The translations under genes and the position numbers were made by a program. The notes beneath the pieces were generated by a model. The model saw only the letters and a list, made by a program, of their open reading frames with translations, was not told the origin of the DNA and ran no database searches. A stretch of DNA of 37,125 nt from Maribacter sp. (GTDB taxonomy: Bacteria > Bacteroidota > Bacteroidia > Flavobacteriales > Flavobacteriaceae): contig JBARUM010000372.1 in NCBI GenBank assembly GCA_049645725.1, forward strand, positions 1 through 37,125, written 5' to 3'. This document shows positions 32,567 through 37,125 of this stretch, in pieces (positions within the stretch are counted from its first letter, which is position 1; every line of letters starts with the position of its first letter).

Positions 32567-33613
32567 CTAGGCAACTACTTTCATGTCTTCTGGAATTCTT
32601 CGATTCATTAAATGAAACCAAAGCGGTGGAAGAAATGATAGCACCATGGAAGTAGGATATCCAAAAGGCATCTGAGGGGAAATGTCATGATAGTCCAGAA
32701 CCTGATATTTCTTAGAGGATTTGTAATGATGGTCGCTATGTCGGGTAAGTTCATATAAAACTATTCTGCCTATAACGTGGTTGCTATTCCAAGAATGCAC
32801 TTCCCTAACCCTTTCATACCGCCCGGAGGGTAGTTTTTTGCGCATAAGCCCATAATGTTCAATATAGTTGACGGTCTCCAACATTAAAAAACCTACAATT
32901 CCTGCTGTAATTGCTACGAACAGACCCTGTTTTCCAAAGATTGAAAGCACTGTTATTAGATAGGTCATCTGAAACAATACATACCAAAACATATCATTCT
33001 TTATGGAGAAAAAGGAAGTGTCATCTCTTCTTAATAATTGTTTTTGAAGATGCCAAGCACTGAAATATTGTTTTACAGTAGATGTAATCCAAAAGGAATA
33101 TACCGATTGGTTATATTTGGCCGTTGCCGGATCCTCCGCGGTTGCCGCATTTGCATGGTGTCCAAAATTATGTTCAACATAAAAATGCATATAGTGTGAT
33201 GGCAATAATAACATTTTGGCCATGGTGCGTTCTACAACTCCTTTTCTATGTCCCAGTTCGTGTGCAACGTTAATTCCGTTCGTTCCCAAAACAATGCCCA
33301 TAGAAAGTACAAGCCCCAATATTTCATAGTTTTCATAAGTATTTGAGGAAACATCGTATATTAAACAGAAAAGTAGCCCAAATACTATAGGCAAGTTTAG
33401 ATAGAGCATCCAATCAAATATTATGCTTTTTTCCTTTTCTTCTCGTTCTTCGCTTTCGTAGTTACTAGTATCATGAGGAAGGAGTACTTCTAAAACAGGA
33501 ATAAGCACAAATGCGTAAAAAGGAGTGAAAAAGCTCCAGTATTCCTTAAAATATATGCTTATAACCGCAGATATGGGAAGGGTAATGGCCGCTAGGTACT
33601 TTAAATCATTCAT
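32567..33613 (-). CDS. alkB: AlkB-family alkane 1-monooxygenase (membrane non-haem di-iron enzyme)
   Basis: All four His boxes present (HELGH, EHNFGHH, NYIEHYG, LTRHSDHH), plus HSWN and P.MP.GYP; multiple TM segments. Confidence 0.88.
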   Translation of the reverse strand: MNDLKYLAAITLPISAVISIYFKEYWSFFTPFYAFVLIPVLEVLLPHDTSNYESEEREEKEKSIIFDWMLYLNLPIVFGLLFCLIYDVSSNTYENYEILGLVLSMGIVLGTNGINVAHELGHRKGVVERTMAKMLLLPSHYMHFYVEHNFGHHANAATAEDPATAKYNQSVYSFWITSTVKQYFSAWHLQKQLLRRDDTSFFSIKNDMFWYVLFQMTYLITVLSIFGKQGLFVAITAGIVGFLMLETVNYIEHYGLMRKKLPSGRYERVREVHSWNSNHVIGRIVLYELTRHSDHHYKSSKKYQVLDYHDISPQMPFGYPTSMVLSFLPPLWFHLMNRRIPEDMKVVA

Positions 33614-33686
33614 CTTATCGCTTTTAACAAATTTTTCTAATTGAAATTTAGGATTACAGCTATCTTGCTATTAAATATAACAGAAT

Positions 33687-36600
33687 TTGAGCGCATACCA
33701 TAACATATTGGACAAACTAAACGTGTTTATCCGCAAACATTATACCCAAAAATTGATAAAGGGTGGACTACTTTTTATCAGTTTGGGACTACTTTTCTTC
33801 TTAGTTGCTATGAGTGTTGAGTACTTTCTTTGGTTAAGCTCTACAGGACGATTAATGCTATTGTTGATTTTTTTAGCGGCGTCATTTTTCCTGCTTTTCA
33901 CATACATAATGACTCCTGTTTTTTACTTGTTCAAAATAAAAAAAGGCATTACTGCTAAGGATGCTGCACACATGATAGGCAAACACTTTCCTAATGTAAG
34001 CGACAAACTGCTAAACCTGTTGGACCTAGCGGAGAACAATGAAAAATCTGAGTTGATACTGGCCAGTATTGAACAGCGCTCACACGGGTTAAATCCTATT
34101 CCTTTTTCTAAGGCAATTGATCACAAAGAAGCCTTGCGTTACTCCAAATATGTTCTCATTCCCATCTCTATTGTTGTCTTGGTATATATTTCAGGCAATT
34201 GGGGCTCTTTTTTTGGATCCTACGAACGGGTAGTAAACTATGACTTAGCATATGAGCCACCTGCACCTTTTCGGTTTGAGCTTTTATCCACGGACTTGGA
34301 TGTCATTGAAAGCGAACCTTTTACATTTCAGGTTGTAACACAAGGTAATCTTAGGCCTGAAAACATCTATATTGTAATAGAAGGAAAAGAAATTCTTTTA
34401 CAGGAGGAAAACGGAATCCACCAATACACCTTATCGCCCCCCATTAGCAGTGCCAATTTTAGTTTCAAGGCGAACGAAGTAACATCACAAAACTACTCAA
34501 TAACTGCATTAAAAGCTCCTGCAATAGTCGATTTTAATATCAATCTAGTTTATCCGTCCTATCTCAAAAAGAAAAACGAGATTCTAAAAAGCACAGGAAA
34601 CGCAGTATTGCCAGAGGGAACAAGCGTAACATGGGATATTGTGGGACAGAATACTGAACATATTAAAATGATAACGAAAGATACTTCATTGTCTTTTCAG
34701 AAAGATGAAGATCTGTTTACCCTTTCCAAAAACATCTATTCAGATTTTAACTATCAATTGACGACTTCTAATGCCAACGCAAAAGATTACGAAAAACTGG
34801 ATTATAATTTTAATGTAATAAAGGATGCCTATCCTACTGTAAAGGTTGTCCAGGTCTTAGATTCATTGGACCCTAACGTTTCCTATTATTCTGGTGAAGC
34901 AGCGGATGATTACGGAGTCGCCAAAATTGATTTGGTTTATTTTGAAAATGGTGATGAAAAGAGCAAGAAGAAAATCCATTTAGGTACTCCAAACTCAGGG
35001 TTTAGTCAGTTTTATTATACATTCCCTTCGGGTTTGGAGCTGGATTCATCAAAGAATTATGAATTCTATTTTTTAGTCACTGACAATGATGGTGTCCATG
35101 GTGGTAAAACAACTAAAAGTCAAGCATTTAATCAGGTCTTATTAGATGATAGCCAGTTGAAAAGCAAAGATTTAGAGTCTCAACAGAAATTAATTAAGGA
35201 GCTGGACAATTCTTTGGAAAAGGCAAAGGAGCAAAAAGAGGCGCTGGAGGAGATAAATACACAGCAAAAGGAAAAAAACAGTTTAAATTTTAATGATCAA
35301 AACCAAGTTAGGGACTTTCTTAAAAAGCAAGAGCGGCAGGAAGAGCTGATGCAAAAGTTCAGCAAAGAACTAAAGGATAATTTAAATAAGGGGGACAAAG
35401 ATGACCAATTGAACCAATTATTACAGGAACGTCTGGAACGTCAAGAAATTGAGGCAAAGAAGAACCAAAAGCTTTTGGAAGAACTAAATAAAGTTGCGGA
35501 TAAAATCAATAAAGAGGAATTAAGTAAACGCCTAGAAGAGCTTGGTAAAAAACAGCAAAATTCTGAAAGGAGTTTAGAGCAGTTGCTTGAATTAACAAAG
35601 CGGTATTACGTTACTGAAAAGGCTGCTCAACTAGCTAAGGACCTTGAACAACTAGCGGAAATGCAGGAAATCTTATCGGAATTAAAACTGGGCAAGGATT
35701 TCTCGAAAAAACAACAGGAAGAACTTAATGAAACTTTTGAAGAAATAGCTAAGGAATTAGAAGAATTACAAAAGGATAATTCCGGTTTGAAAAAACCTAT
35801 AGATTTACAAATCGACGAAAACAAAAAAGACGGGGTGAGGCAAGACCAGGAAAACGCCTTAGACCAAATTCAAAAACATGAAGGTGTTGAGCAATCATCT
35901 GAGTCTGGAGAATTGGAAAAAATCGAAAAAACCGCAAAAAAAAGTCAAAAATCAGCTGCAGATAAAATGAAGGAAATGAGTAAAGCACTCAGTGAATCTT
36001 CCTCTAGTGGGGGAGGAGGCTCGGCTGTGTCCGAGGATGCAGAAATGCTTCGTCAAATACTGGATAATCTTATTTTTTTCTCCTTTAAACAAGAAGGCCT
36101 TTTTGATAAGTTAAGTGGGCAGGAGCAGGAGGAAGTCTCACAATACTCCGCCACTGTGAGAGATCAAAAGGAATTAAGGGGTTTGTTTGAACACGTAGAC
36201 GATAGCCTTTTTGCTTTGTCTCTGCGCCAAGCAGAACTATCAGAGTTCGTGAACGAGCAGATTACAGAGGTCTATTATAACATTGACAAGTCTTTGGAAA
36301 GTATGGCCGATGGACAAACTTACCAAGGAATATCCTATCAGAAGTATGTTTTGACCGCTTCTAATAGCTTAGCGGACTTTCTAGCCAATGTAATGGACAA
36401 CATGAACGAAAGCATGCAAATGGGGAAAGGCTCCGGGGCCAGTCAGGGAGGATTTCAATTGCCGGACATTATTAAAGGACAAGGAGAGCTAGGCGAAAAA
36501 ATGGGGGAATCCAGAAGTAAAGGACAGAAAGGTAGTCAAGGAAAGGAAGGACAAGGAAAAGATGGTGAGGGCAAAAAGGGTGAAGGACAAGGGGAGAAAG

Positions 36601-37125
36601 GGCAGGATGGCCAAAAAGGACAAGGACAGGGGGGAGAAAAAGGACAGGGAGAAGGTGGCCAGAACGGAGAAGGAGAAAAAGGCAAGGGCGGTTCTGGTCA
36701 AAACGAAGGACAAGGTAGCGGTGGTCTATCTGAAGGTGAGCTTCAAGAAATTTATGAAATCTACCAACAACAACAGCGTATTCGACAAGAATTGGAGAAA
36801 CAACTGGAAAACATGCTCAACTCAGGTGACCGTAAAATAGGGGAGAAGTTGGTGCGACAAATGGAGGATTTTGAGAATGACCTTCTAGAAAACGGGGTTA
36901 CGCAACGTACTATTAACAAAGTAAATACCATTCAGTATGAGCTTCTAAAGTTGGAAAACGCCGCCTTAAAGCAAGGAAAAAAGGCGGAGCGCGAGAGCAA
37001 CAGCAATAAACAAGATTTTAATAATCCCATTACCACTAAACCCTCATTATTAGATAATTATCGTAATGGAATAGAGATTTTAAATAGACAAGCATTACCT
37101 TTGCGCCAAAATTTTCAAAACAAAG
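33687..37125 (+). CDS. DUF4175-like membrane-anchored coiled-coil protein (3'-truncated by window edge)
   Basis: TTG start, MSAYHNILDKLNVFIRKHYTQKLIKG, then N-terminal TMs, a beta-rich middle, a long E/Q/K coiled coil and a G/Q/E/K tract. The same frame reads EILNRQALPLRQNFQNK at the edge; absent from the ORF track, consistent with no stop inside the window. Confidence 0.8.
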   Translation, partial: MSAYHNILDKLNVFIRKHYTQKLIKGGLLFISLGLLFFLVAMSVEYFLWLSSTGRLMLLLIFLAASFFLLFTYIMTPVFYLFKIKKGITAKDAAHMIGKHFPNVSDKLLNLLDLAENNEKSELILASIEQRSHGLNPIPFSKAIDHKEALRYSKYVLIPISIVVLVYISGNWGSFFGSYERVVNYDLAYEPPAPFRFELLSTDLDVIESEPFTFQVVTQGNLRPENIYIVIEGKEILLQEENGIHQYTLSPPISSANFSFKANEVTSQNYSITALKAPAIVDFNINLVYPSYLKKKNEILKSTGNAVLPEGTSVTWDIVGQNTEHIKMITKDTSLSFQKDEDLFTLSKNIYSDFNYQLTTSNANAKDYEKLDYNFNVIKDAYPTVKVVQVLDSLDPNVSYYSGEAADDYGVAKIDLVYFENGDEKSKKKIHLGTPNSGFSQFYYTFPSGLELDSSKNYEFYFLVTDNDGVHGGKTTKSQAFNQVLLDDSQLKSKDLESQQKLIKELDNSLEKAKEQKEALEEINTQQKEKNSLNFNDQNQVRDFLKKQERQEELMQKFSKELKDNLNKGDKDDQLNQLLQERLERQEIEAKKNQKLLEELNKVADKINKEELSKRLEELGKKQQNSERSLEQLLELTKRYYVTEKAAQLAKDLEQLAEMQEILSELKLGKDFSKKQQEELNETFEEIAKELEELQKDNSGLKKPIDLQIDENKKDGVRQDQENALDQIQKHEGVEQSSESGELEKIEKTAKKSQKSAADKMKEMSKALSESSSSGGGGSAVSEDAEMLRQILDNLIFFSFKQEGLFDKLSGQEQEEVSQYSATVRDQKELRGLFEHVDDSLFALSLRQAELSEFVNEQITEVYYNIDKSLESMADGQTYQGISYQKYVLTASNSLADFLANVMDNMNESMQMGKGSGASQGGFQLPDIIKGQGELGEKMGESRSKGQKGSQGKEGQGKDGEGKKGEGQGEKGQDGQKGQGQGGEKGQGEGGQNGEGEKGKGGSGQNEGQGSGGLSEGELQEIYEIYQQQQRIRQELEKQLENMLNSGDRKIGEKLVRQMEDFENDLLENGVTQRTINKVNTIQYELLKLENAALKQGKKAERESNSNKQDFNNPITTKPSLLDNYRNGIEILNRQALPLRQNFQNK
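36475..36730 (+). repeat. Low-complexity purine-rich tract encoding a G/Q/E/K linker
   Basis: Degenerate repeats such as AAAGGACA(A/G)GG encoding GQKGSQGKEGQGKDGEGKKGEGQGEKGQDGQKGQGQGGEKGQGEGG. Confidence 0.7.

Overview
Core-genome window of a marine Flavobacteriaceae (Maribacter-like, inferred from gene content and Bacteroidota TAnnTTTG promoter boxes). Left to right: 3' part of holB, a DoxX-like gene, two tandem tRNA-Cys-type genes, folB, a ~20.6 kb gliding/T9SS locus (sprC-sprD-sprB-sprF-like, including a 4920-aa adhesin), glnS, a single-POTRA Omp85-like protein, a YtxH/holin-like/small-protein triad, an SPFH protein, katG, gltX, an AlkB-family monooxygenase and a DUF4175-like gene running off the right edge. 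No mobile element, prophage or CRISPR array was seen. Three observations stand out. (1) The promoter-proximal tRNA-Cys paralogue is only about 69% identical to its neighbour but has every stem preserved by compensatory changes, with a non-canonical anticodon loop (C33, C32-G38), suggesting a non-ribosomal role. (2) A ~90-bp promoter module with 21-bp-phased direct repeats occurs without gaps upstream of both sprC and sprB. (3) The normally essential gltX has an in-frame TAG at codon 29.
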